Shown piece by piece: positions 16,494 through 23,928 of a stretch of DNA of 35,705 nt. Under the pieces are notes generated by a model. It did no database searches. It was not told the DNA's origin and saw nothing but the letters and a program-made list of their open reading frames with translations. The position numbers and the translations under genes were made by a program. The first letter of the stretch is position 1. Every line of letters starts with the position of its first letter. The DNA is from an uncultured bacterium (GTDB lineage Bacteria > Planctomycetota > PUPC01 > DSUN01). The stretch lies in assembly GCA_965603035.1 (NCBI GenBank), contig CBFDBL010000001.1:1-35705 (forward strand), read 5' to 3'.

Positions 16494-18194
16494 TCAGGCC
16501 AGGTAGTCGATCGACCCTACGGCGGCCGCGGTGTTCACGCCCACCGTCTCCTCGCCAGCGGCCTCGGCGTCCGCGCCGCGGGCTGGGGCCGAGCCGCGCG
16601 GCACGGCCTCCGACCCGCTCGGCGGCGCGCCGCCGTCCCACGGCTGCGCGTCCCCGTCGGCGCCGGCTCCGTCCTGCGCCATCAGGCCCACGTCGATGCG
16701 GCTCACACGCACGCCCGACGCGGCCAGTTCCTCCCGCCAGGCGGGCGCCTCGGCAGCCAGCCATCCACGCACCGCCTCGCGCTCGGCCAGCACGGTGCCC
16801 GTCAGCTCGCCGTCCCGCGCGCGGAACGTCACGCGGATCTCGCCCAGCTCGGGCGGCCGCACGCGCACCCGCAGCTCGCTCTCGCCGCTGCGCTGCGCCA
16901 GGCGCGCCTCCCGCACCACCATGCCGGGGAGCTCGCGCTCGAGCGCCCGGGCCGTGAGGCCCACCTCGCGGGCATCGCCCACCGGCACAGGCTCCGCCGC
17001 CTCCGCGCGGCCAGCAGTCGGCGGCGGCGCCGCCGCCAGGGGCACGCCCGCGCCCCGTTGCGGCGCGGCGACCGCGCGGCGGGGCAGCGCCCCTCCGCGC
17101 ACGCGGCGAGCCGAGGGGCGGTCGGCAGTGGGCAGCTCCCTTCCTGCCCTGCCCTGGCCGCCCACCGCCCCCTCGGCTTGCCTTCCCCACGGCTGCGGGC
17201 GCTCCCCCGCGATAGCCTTCCCCCGCACCAGCGGGGCCTCCCATGTGCCGCCAGGGCCGACGCGCGCGCCCTCCCTTCGTCCCACGGCCGGATCCCCCCA
17301 GCGGGCCCCTCGCGCCTCGGCCACCACGCCCTCGACGGCCGCAGCCGCCGGCTCGCCATGCCCGACGGGCTCGGCCGCCGCGGCCACCGCGAGCGCCGCG
17401 CGGGCCGGCACTGACACATCGACGGGACCCGCGAGCACCGCGCCGGCGCCTGCCTCCCGAGCCGGCGACGCAAGCGCCGAGGCCGGCGCGGCGACCGGAT
17501 CGATCAGCGCCGTCGCCTCACCTTCGGCGACACCCGCCGTCGCCGATGCGGCCGGGGCTCCTGGAGCCTCGAGGCCCGCGGGCGGCGCCACGCGAGCCGC
17601 GAGGCCCACGGCCGGCGCCACGCGAGCCGCGAGGCCCGCGGCCGGCGCCAGGGGAACCCCAAGACCCGCGGCCGGCGCCGAGAGAGCCTTGAGGCTCACG
17701 GCCCGCTCCACGGGAGCCCCCAGGCCCGCCACCGCCTCCGCGGCCGCCTCGAGACCGACGGCCGACTCCGCTGGAGCCTCGAGGCCCATGGCCGGCTCCG
17801 TTGGGATGTCCGCGGCCGCGGGCCGCGCCGGCGCGAACCCAGGCTCCACCTGCCCTGCGACCGGCGGGGCCAGCGCCAGCGCGCCGCCCTCCACCACCAC
17901 CGCCCCGCCGCGAGGCAGGCTCGCAGGGGCGACGACGCCCGGCGAGGCCAGTGGGCCCGCGCCCGCTATGGCGACCCCCGCCGCCGATGCCGCGGCGGCG
18001 GCTCCCTCAGCAGGAACCGGAACAGGTGCGTCGGGCACCGCAACTCCCCACGGGAGCTGGGGCACGAGAGCTGGCAAAAGCGCCAGAAGCTCGGCGTCGA
18101 ACCGCCTCGACCCCACGCTGCCGACGGCCTGGCCCCCTGAGCTTCCAGGCTCTGGCAACGCGTGGCCGAGAAGGATTCCTGCAGCGGAATTCAC
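16494..18194 (-). CDS. fliK: Flagellar hook-length control protein FliK (Ala/Pro-rich ruler plus C-terminal Flg_hook domain)
   Basis: 566 aa. The start is the GTG at 18194, with AGGAG 6 nt upstream. The C-terminal domain is ELRVRVRPPELGEIRVTFRARDGELTGTVLAEREAVRGWL. The rest is low-complexity A/P/G/E. The position immediately upstream of flgD-flgE fits the call. Confidence 0.8.
   Translation of the reverse strand: MNSAAGILLGHALPEPGSSGGQAVGSVGSRRFDAELLALLPALVPQLPWGVAVPDAPVPVPAEGAAAAASAAGVAIAGAGPLASPGVVAPASLPRGGAVVVEGGALALAPPVAGQVEPGFAPARPAAADIPTEPAMGLEAPAESAVGLEAAAEAVAGLGAPVERAVSLKALSAPAAGLGVPLAPAAGLAARVAPAVGLAARVAPPAGLEAPGAPAASATAGVAEGEATALIDPVAAPASALASPAREAGAGAVLAGPVDVSVPARAALAVAAAAEPVGHGEPAAAAVEGVVAEARGARWGDPAVGRREGARVGPGGTWEAPLVRGKAIAGERPQPWGRQAEGAVGGQGRAGRELPTADRPSARRVRGGALPRRAVAAPQRGAGVPLAAAPPPTAGRAEAAEPVPVGDAREVGLTARALERELPGMVVREARLAQRSGESELRVRVRPPELGEIRVTFRARDGELTGTVLAEREAVRGWLAAEAPAWREELAASGVRVSRIDVGLMAQDGAGADGDAQPWDGGAPPSGSEAVPRGSAPARGADAEAAGEETVGVNTAAAVGSIDYLA
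17559..17798 (-). repeat. About eight degenerate tandem 30-bp repeats encoding decapeptides (xxAxGLxAxx) inside fliK
   Basis: The DNA periodicity is visible, for example gagccgcgaggcccacggccggcgccacgc / gagccgcgaggcccgcggccggcgccaggg. The protein repeats are EPAMGLEAPA ESAVGLEAAA EAVAGLGAPV ERAVSLKALS APAAGLGVPL APAAGLAARV APAVGLAARV APPAGLEAPG. Confidence 0.8.
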
Positions 18195-18260
18195 AGGACA
18201 CTCCTGTAAAGCGGCGTGGCCGACTCCAAGCTTCCGGCGAGAGTGGCCGCCTCTCCCTGA

Positions 18261-18278
18261 TGCACACGCCGTGCCAAG
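18261..18278 (-). promoter_or_regulatory. Sigma-54 (RpoN)-type -24/-12 promoter upstream of fliK-flgD-flgE
   Basis: The minus strand reads cTTGGCACGgcgtGTGCAtc, against the consensus TGGCACG-N4-TTGCA (one mismatch in the -12 element). It lies about 65 nt upstream of the fliK GTG. Confidence 0.6.
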
Positions 18279-18306
18279 AGGCCCAGGTTTTTCTCAGCCA
18301 GGGGCC

Positions 18307-18333
18307 TAAACTCCGCGCAACATCTGCCGATAC
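18307..18333 (+). promoter_or_regulatory. Sigma-28 (FliA)-type promoter with no obvious downstream gene (orphan)
   Basis: TAAA-N15-GCCGATAC is read on the plus strand, against the consensus TAAA-N15-GCCGATAA. It shares CTGCCGATACTG with the fliC promoter at 31283-31309. It points away from fliK. Confidence 0.55.
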
Positions 18334-18663
18334 TGACACTTAGGGAATCCCACATCGCGCCGGGCATCTCCATCCCGCCCATCGCGCTCCGCGCGCGCCC
18401 GGCTCCTTCGTGCCTGCCTGCTGGAAAGCTTTTCCCGCCCCGCCGCCCGCGCCACGCCCCAGCCCTCGCAGACTGCATAGGGCATAGAGAAGAGAACATG
18501 TATGCAGCGCCGCCGGCGCGCGAGGTGGCGGGGCCTTCGGCCCGATGCCGGTGCCGGGCCCGATCGGGCCAGGGCGAGCGCGCCGCCGGCTCTCGCCACA
18601 CACGCCGTTGCCGGGGAGTGAGGGATGCCGAGGGTGGCAGGCAGGACAGCAGGGGATGGGGGG

Positions 18664-19566
18664 TCAGCGGACGAGCTTGCTGGTGCGCTGGGGGTTGCCG
18701 TCGGGCACGAGCTGCACGATGCGGAAGCCCAGGCGCTCGTCCACGACCATGGCCTCGCCTCGCGCCACGAGCTTCGCCCCGGCGCAGAGCTCCAGTGCCT
18801 CGCCGCACCGCTTCTCGAGGTCGAGTACCCGCCCAGGCACGAGCTGGAGCAGCTCGCGGATGGCCAGGGTGCGGCGCGCCACGACGACGCGCACGGGCAG
18901 CTCGACGGGCAGCAGCCTGGCCAGGCCGCTGCACGGCCTGTCGTCGGCGACGGGCCCGGCCCACTCGGCCTCGGGCTCGAGCAGCGCCGCGAGGGCTTGC
19001 GCGACCCCCGCCGCAAGGCTCACCCGCAGCTCGATGCCGACGGGCTCGCCGAGCCGCGCGGTCCAGAGGCCCAGGTCGTCGTCGCCCGCGGCCTCGGCCA
19101 GAGCGGCGCCGCCCTCCCCTGGCCCGAAGGGCCGCGCCGTCAGCTCGGTCGGCTCGGAGGGCCACCGCACCTCGTGCCCGAGGTCTTCCTTCCACACGGC
19201 CGACGCGGCCGCGCCGATGCGCGCCAGCGCGAAGGCCACGGCCGCCACGTCCGCTTCGGTCAGCGACGCCGTCTCCCCGTCGGGCGGCTGCGCCTCCGCT
19301 TGCTCTGCTTCCCGGGCCAGCACCAGCGCGTGGTCGCGGGACATGACGAACGCCACGGCCCCCTCGACACAGCCGCCCAAAGGCCCCGAGACCACGAGCC
19401 CGGCGCCGTCGCACACGCCCTGCAAGTCGTTGCCAAACAAGCGCTTGGCTGGCTCGATCTGCGCCGTCACCGGGCCGCCGAGGGCCTGCGACAGCTCGGC
19501 GCTCGCCCGCTTGAGGGCAGCGGCGAGGGTGGATGCGAGGAGCAAGCCCACGTCGTGCTCAGCCAT
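18664..19566 (-). CDS. Flagellar motor switch protein of the FliN/FliY type (CheC-like N-terminal region plus C-terminal SpoA/FliN domain)
   Basis: 300 aa. The C-terminal region [68 protein letters not shown] matches the FliN/SpoA surface-presentation domain. The N-terminal two-thirds has two CheC/FliY-like segments, but I cannot see the E-x2-N phosphatase motifs. Confidence 0.7.
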   Translation of the reverse strand: MAEHDVGLLLASTLAAALKRASAELSQALGGPVTAQIEPAKRLFGNDLQGVCDGAGLVVSGPLGGCVEGAVAFVMSRDHALVLAREAEQAEAQPPDGETASLTEADVAAVAFALARIGAAASAVWKEDLGHEVRWPSEPTELTARPFGPGEGGAALAEAAGDDDLGLWTARLGEPVGIELRVSLAAGVAQALAALLEPEAEWAGPVADDRPCSGLARLLPVELPVRVVVARRTLAIRELLQLVPGRVLDLEKRCGEALELCAGAKLVARGEAMVVDERLGFRIVQLVPDGNPQRTSKLVR

Positions 19567-19644
19567 CGGCTTCCTTCCATCCCAGCAAGGGGGCGCCCCG
19601 AGGGCGGCGGCCGCCGCTCACGACATCGCGCCCTACGCCCTGTA

Positions 19645-19660
19645 TGCAAACCGCATGCCG
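19645..19660 (-). promoter_or_regulatory. Sigma-54-type -24/-12 promoter upstream of the FliN/FliY-like gene
   Basis: The minus strand reads CGGCATGcggtTTGCAta. It is almost identical to the flgF promoter element (CGGCACGcggtTTGCAca). It lies about 80 nt upstream of the ATG at 19566. Confidence 0.6.
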
Positions 19661-19871
19661 GCCGCCGCCCCGCGTCCGACGCGGCGTCGCCCACGCCCGA
19701 CGAGCATCCACAAACACTTGCCGTGCAAGGCGTTACGGGGCGGACGCGGCTGGCGGCGCGGCGCGCCTGTCTCCGTCCACGGCGCGGCGCGCGCGCCGGT
19801 TTTTCCGTCGCCGCCACGCATATTCCGCCCCGCCCGCCAGGGCCGCAGCCCAGAAAAGCCGCCCCGGTACC

Positions 19872-19900
19872 TTGACGAGTCGCATGGGTCGGGGTATACT
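19872..19900 (+). promoter_or_regulatory. Near-consensus sigma-70 promoter for the hypothetical gene at 19953
   Basis: TTGACG-N17-TATACT is read directly (-35 at 19872-19877, -10 at 19895-19900). GGAGGA lies 7 nt before the ATG at 19953. Confidence 0.65.
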
Positions 19901-19952
19901 TGCGTTGGCGTCCCCTGGGAGCTTCCACGCGAAGCGCCCGGAGGACGTTTCC

Positions 19953-20414
19953 ATGTCCGAGGCCCCCAACGACGGTCGCTCCCTCCTCCAGCTCGCCATC
20001 TCGCTTCGCCTCGCGGCCCAGCGCCTGGCCAAGTCGGCCAACCGCATGCAGGAGGCGGCGCGGCACCAGCGCGAGCAGCTCGACCGCCTGACCCTCCTGC
20101 GCGACCGCATCGTCGAGCTCCTGACCGTGTGCCGCCGCATCGCCGACAAGCAGCGGTCGGGCAGCCCGCCGCATCCCGCAGCGCCGCTGGCCCCGCCCCA
20201 GGCAGCCGCGGGGCCGGTCGCGCCCGCGCCGCGCGCCCAGATACCCAAGCCGCGCCTCCCGGCATCCGCGTTCGTCGAGTTCTCCAACTGGCAGGAGTTC
20301 GAGAAGTTCCGCCGCATGCCGCCCATCGCCGATCGCGAGCTCGCCGACTGCGACATCGATGGCCTCATCGAGCGGCTCAACGACGACTCCAGCCCGCGCG
20401 ACCCCTCGCGCTGA
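19953..20414 (+). CDS. Hypothetical protein (153 aa): N-terminal coiled coil, Pro/Ala linker and a small acidic C-terminal domain; embedded in the flagellar cluster
   Basis: This is the real part of track ORF 19533..20414, starting MSEAPNDGRSLLQLAISLRLAAQRLAKSANRMQEAARHQREQLDRL. It has a very strong G/C third-position bias, a good SD and its own promoter. I recognise no family motif. It does not look like FlgM. Confidence 0.7.
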   Translation: MSEAPNDGRSLLQLAISLRLAAQRLAKSANRMQEAARHQREQLDRLTLLRDRIVELLTVCRRIADKQRSGSPPHPAAPLAPPQAAAGPVAPAPRAQIPKPRLPASAFVEFSNWQEFEKFRRMPPIADRELADCDIDGLIERLNDDSSPRDPSR

Positions 20415-20670
20415 GCCCCCACACCAACCAGGGGCGGGCCGCCGCCGGCCTGCCCCTTCCTCATGCCTGCCCCTCGCGGGACGCCGGCGATGCGTTTCCC
20501 GTCAAAAGCGGGCCTGGGCCAACGCGCGGGGGCCGCGAGCAGCCATCGCCGAGCGGGCTCCACCTCCCGGGCGCCGCCGCTGTCCGCCGACGCTCCCGCA
20601 ACACAGGCCCTGGCCTGGCAAGCACTTAGCGACACCATAGCCGTGCCGGTGCACGGGGGATGCGGGGCTG

Positions 20671-20686
20671 CGGCACGCGGTTTGCA
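20671..20686 (+). promoter_or_regulatory. Sigma-54-type -24/-12 promoter upstream of the flgF...csrA operon
   Basis: CGGCACGcggtTTGCA, against the consensus TGGCACG-N4-TTGCA. It lies 60 nt upstream of the flgF ATG (20747) in a 330-bp ORF-poor intergenic region. Confidence 0.65.
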
Positions 20687-20746
20687 CAACAGCCACGAGC
20701 CGTGAGCGCATGAAGCGCCCCTAGCCCTCGCAGGAGCTGCGCGGCC

Positions 20747-21475
20747 ATGGATGCCGCTGCCTACACTGCCGCGAGCGCCATGACGAGCCACCTCCAGGCC
20801 CAGGAGGTGAGCGCGCACAATCTCGCCAATGTGAACACCCCAGGCTTCAAGCGCCGTCTCGCCCTCTACCAGCCCTTCCACGCCTACCTCGCCGCCGCGC
20901 AGCGGAGCATGCAGGGCACCCAGGTGGATGGGGTCGCGGTGGACTTCTCGCGGGGCGCGCTCAGCGCGACGGGCAACCCGCTCGACCTGGCGCTCGACTG
21001 CGAGGGCTTCTTCGTCGTCCAGGGCACCGAGGGATGGCTCTACACGCGGCGCGGGAACTTCACCATCGACAGCAAGAGCCGCCTGGTCGACTCCATCGGC
21101 CGCCCCCTGCTGGCCAGAGGCGGCACCGAGCTGCGCGTGCCCGACGGCGCCGGCGCGATCACGGTCGCCGAGGACGGCCGCGTGATGGCCGGCGGCTCGG
21201 ACATCGGGAAGATCTGGGTCGTGGACCTGCCCAAGCCGCGCGCCCTGGTGCCGGCCGGCTTCACGGCCTTCGCCCTCGCCCCCGGCGCCCTGCCGCCGGG
21301 CGGCGTCGAGCGCCCGGTGGTCAGGCAGGGCGTACTCGAGATGTCGAACGCCAATCCCATCGACGAGCTGGTCGCCATGATCACCACCCTGCGCAGCTTC
21401 GAGGCCGCTCGCCAGACCCTCACGAACATCGACGAGACGAGCGAGAAGCTCGCCGACGCCGCACAAACGTCCTGA
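20747..21475 (+). CDS. flgF: Flagellar basal-body rod protein FlgF
   Basis: 242 aa. The N-terminal motif is SAMTSHLQAQEVSAHNLANVNTPGFKR. The C-terminal motif is VRQGVLEMSNANPIDELVAMITTLRSFEA. It lies immediately upstream of flgG. Confidence 0.9.
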   Translation: MDAAAYTAASAMTSHLQAQEVSAHNLANVNTPGFKRRLALYQPFHAYLAAAQRSMQGTQVDGVAVDFSRGALSATGNPLDLALDCEGFFVVQGTEGWLYTRRGNFTIDSKSRLVDSIGRPLLARGGTELRVPDGAGAITVAEDGRVMAGGSDIGKIWVVDLPKPRALVPAGFTAFALAPGALPPGGVERPVVRQGVLEMSNANPIDELVAMITTLRSFEAARQTLTNIDETSEKLADAAQTS

Positions 21476-21489
21476 CCGGAGGCCCCCCG

Positions 21490-22281
21490 ATGCTCAACTC
21501 GCTGTTCACGTCGGCCACGGGCATGAAGGCGCAGCAGCGCTACGTGGACAACATCGCCAACAACCTGGCCAACGTCAACACGACCGGCTTCAAGCTCAGC
21601 CGCATCGACTTCCAGGACCTGCTCTACAACACCATCGTGGCCCCAGGCACCGAGACGGTCCAGGGCTACGTGTCGCCCACCGGCCTCCAGATCGGCACGG
21701 GGGTCCGCGAGGTGGCCACCACCAAGATCTTCCGCCAGGGCACGCCCCAGAACACCGGCAACCAGTATGACATGGCCATCGAGGGCCACGGCTTCTTCCA
21801 GGTCACCGACGCCGTCACCGGCGAGACGCTCTACTCGCGCGACGGCTCGTTCCGGCCGAACTCGCAGGGGCAGCTCGTCACGGCCAGCGGCTTCCTGCTC
21901 AGCCCGCAGATCGCCATCCCACAGGGCACCACCGAGGTCCGGGTCGGCAACGACGGCGCCGTGCAGTGCCTCACCGGGCAGGGCGGCACGCCCCAGGTCG
22001 TCGGCCAGATCCAGCTCGCGCGGTTCCTCAACCCCGCCGGCCTGCTGAGCCTGGGCCAGAACCTCTACGCCGAGACGGCCGCCTCGGGCGCCGCCAGCAC
22101 CGGCATCCCCGGCAGCTCGGGCGTCGGTCGCCTCGTCCAGTACCACCTCGAGGGCTCGAACGTGGACGTGGTGACGGAGATGGTGAACCTGATCATCGCC
22201 CAGCGCGCCTACGAGATCAACTCGCGCGGCATCCGCGTGAGCGACGCGATGCTCGAGCAGGCCAACAACATCACGCGCTGA
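21490..22281 (+). CDS. flgG: Flagellar distal rod protein FlgG
   Basis: This is the real part of track ORF 21034..22281, starting at ATG 21490 after GGAGG. The N-terminus is MLNSLFTSATGMKAQQRYVDNIANNLANVNTTGFK and the C-terminus is LEGSNVDVVTEMVNLIIAQRAYEINSRGI. Confidence 0.95.
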   Translation: MLNSLFTSATGMKAQQRYVDNIANNLANVNTTGFKLSRIDFQDLLYNTIVAPGTETVQGYVSPTGLQIGTGVREVATTKIFRQGTPQNTGNQYDMAIEGHGFFQVTDAVTGETLYSRDGSFRPNSQGQLVTASGFLLSPQIAIPQGTTEVRVGNDGAVQCLTGQGGTPQVVGQIQLARFLNPAGLLSLGQNLYAETAASGAASTGIPGSSGVGRLVQYHLEGSNVDVVTEMVNLIIAQRAYEINSRGIRVSDAMLEQANNITR

Positions 22282-22295
22282 CCGAGGACCCGGCC

Positions 22296-23261
22296 ATGCG
22301 ACCGCTCGCCCACCTGCTGCTCGTGCTCCTGACGGCGCCCCCGCCGGCCGCCGAGCCGACCGTGACGGTGACCCTGCGCCAGGAGGCCGTGGTGGACGAC
22401 GCGGCCCTGTGCCTCGCCCACGTGGCCGCCGTGGACGGCCAGCCGGCCGACCTCGTCGAGCGCCTGGGCGCGGTGGACGTCGGCCGCGCGCCAGCCCCCG
22501 GGGCCGCACGCTCCATCAGCCGCTCGTTCCTCGCCGCCCGGCTCCGCCAGGAGCGCATCGACCCCGCCCAGGTGACCTGGGCCGGCACCCAGGCCACGCG
22601 GGTCAGCCGCCGCTCGACCTGCATCCCCGGCGCCGCCATCGCGCAGGCGGCCGCCGACGAGTTCCGCAAGGCTCTCCCCTGGCCCGACGACGACATCGTC
22701 ATCGAGGTCCACCGCCCGCCGGCCGACGTCCACCTCCTCGGCCCCGCGACCGACGTGCGCTACGCCATCGCCGTCCGCCCCGGCCAGCGGCTGCTGGGCC
22801 TCGTGCCCGTGGACATCACGCTGAGCCGCGAGGGCCGCGCCCTGGGCCGCGCGACGGCGATGCTCGGCGTGCGCGTCTTCCAGCGCGTGGTCGTCGCGCG
22901 GCGGCGCATCCGCCGCGGCGAGGTGATCTCGAAGGACCTCGTTCGGCTCCAGCGCGCGGAGCTCTCGAGCCCGAACGACGACGTGGCGACCGACCTCGCC
23001 GCCGTGCTCGGCCGCGAGGCCCGCCACGACGTCCCGGCCTTCGCCGCCCTGACGGGCCGCGCGCTGGCCGCGGCGCGGGTCGTGCGGCGCGGCACCCCCG
23101 TGATGCTGGTGGCCCGCCGGGGCCGCCTGCGGGTCACCGCCCTCGGCATCGCCGAGCAGGACGGCGCCCTCGGGCAGTTCATCCCGGTGCGCAACCGCGA
23201 CTCCCAGAAGATCGTCCACGGCCGCGTCGTGGACGCCCGGACCGTGGAAGTGCCCTTCTGA
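22296..23261 (+). CDS. flgA: Flagellar P-ring assembly chaperone FlgA
   Basis: This is the real part of track ORF 21966..23261, starting MRPLAHLLLVLLTAPPPAAEP (signal peptide). The C-terminal SAF/ChapFlgA-like region is RGEVISKDLVRLQR...VVRRGTPVMLVARRGRLRVTALGIAEQDGALGQFIPVRNRDSQKIVHGRV. It lies between flgG and flgH. Confidence 0.85.
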   Translation: MRPLAHLLLVLLTAPPPAAEPTVTVTLRQEAVVDDAALCLAHVAAVDGQPADLVERLGAVDVGRAPAPGAARSISRSFLAARLRQERIDPAQVTWAGTQATRVSRRSTCIPGAAIAQAAADEFRKALPWPDDDIVIEVHRPPADVHLLGPATDVRYAIAVRPGQRLLGLVPVDITLSREGRALGRATAMLGVRVFQRVVVARRRIRRGEVISKDLVRLQRAELSSPNDDVATDLAAVLGREARHDVPAFAALTGRALAAARVVRRGTPVMLVARRGRLRVTALGIAEQDGALGQFIPVRNRDSQKIVHGRVVDARTVEVPF

Positions 23262-23278
23262 CCCAGGAGCAGGCGCCC

Positions 23279-23911
23279 ATGCGTTGGCGAATCGCCCTCC
23301 CCCTCATCGGCCTGTACGCCCTGGCGGCCGCCGCCCGGGCCGACTCCCTGTGGCAGGCGGCGCCGTCGCCCCACTTCCACTGGCTCGCCGACACCAAGGC
23401 CCGCCGGGTGGGCGACCTGGTGACCATCCTCATCAACGAGGAGTCGAAGGCGAAGACCGACGTCAGCGAGACCCACTCGAAGGAGACGAAGACCAACGCC
23501 GCGATCAACGAGTTCCGCAACCTCCTCGGCATCAACAAGCCGCCCGACGGCGCGACCGACGAGGACAAGGGCCTGCCGGTCGTCGACTGGGGGTCGAAGC
23601 GCGCCTACGACTCGAAGGCGGAGGCGGAGTCCGAGGAGACCCTCGAGCTCAAGATCAGCGCCATGGTCAAGGAGGTGCTGCCCAACGGCAACCTGCTGCT
23701 CGACGCCTCGCGGCAGATCCGCCACGACAACGACCTGCGGGTGGTGCACCTCATGGGCATCGTCCGCCCCCTCGACGTGGCGGCCGACAACTCCGTGAAG
23801 TCCAGCAGCATCGCCGAGGCCCGCATCAGCTACGAGGGCTACGGCCCCGCCGCGCGCACCAAGCGCAAGGGCTGGGGCAACCGCGTCCTCGACACCCTAT
23901 GGCCCTTCTAG
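23279..23911 (+). CDS. flgH: Flagellar L-ring protein FlgH
   Basis: This is the real part of track ORF 22409..23911, starting MRWRIALPLIGLYALAAAARADSLW (signal peptide with no lipobox Cys). FlgH signatures are ARRVGDLVTILINE and ISAMVKEVLPNGNLLLDASRQI...VHLMGIVRPLDV. Confidence 0.9.
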   Translation: MRWRIALPLIGLYALAAAARADSLWQAAPSPHFHWLADTKARRVGDLVTILINEESKAKTDVSETHSKETKTNAAINEFRNLLGINKPPDGATDEDKGLPVVDWGSKRAYDSKAEAESEETLELKISAMVKEVLPNGNLLLDASRQIRHDNDLRVVHLMGIVRPLDVAADNSVKSSSIAEARISYEGYGPAARTKRKGWGNRVLDTLWPF

Positions 23912-23928
23912 GCGCCCCGAGGGAGACG

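Noticed and set aside
18337-18345. Motif CACTTAGGG at 18337-18345 and 31080-31088, with CACTTAGC at 20623-20630, all in flagellar intergenic regions
   Set aside because: Repeated 8-9-mers are expected many times by chance in 36 kb. There is no consistent distance or orientation relative to the promoters.
18613-18657. Cluster of four GGA motifs (GGGGAG, AGGGAUG, CAGGAC, GGGGAUG) in the putative sigma-28 transcript, considered as a CsrA-sponge RNA
   Set aside because: The stretch is simply G-rich, being the complement of the C-rich tail after the fliN/Y stop. I could not place the GGAs in hairpin loops. There is too little evidence to call a CsrB-like RNA.
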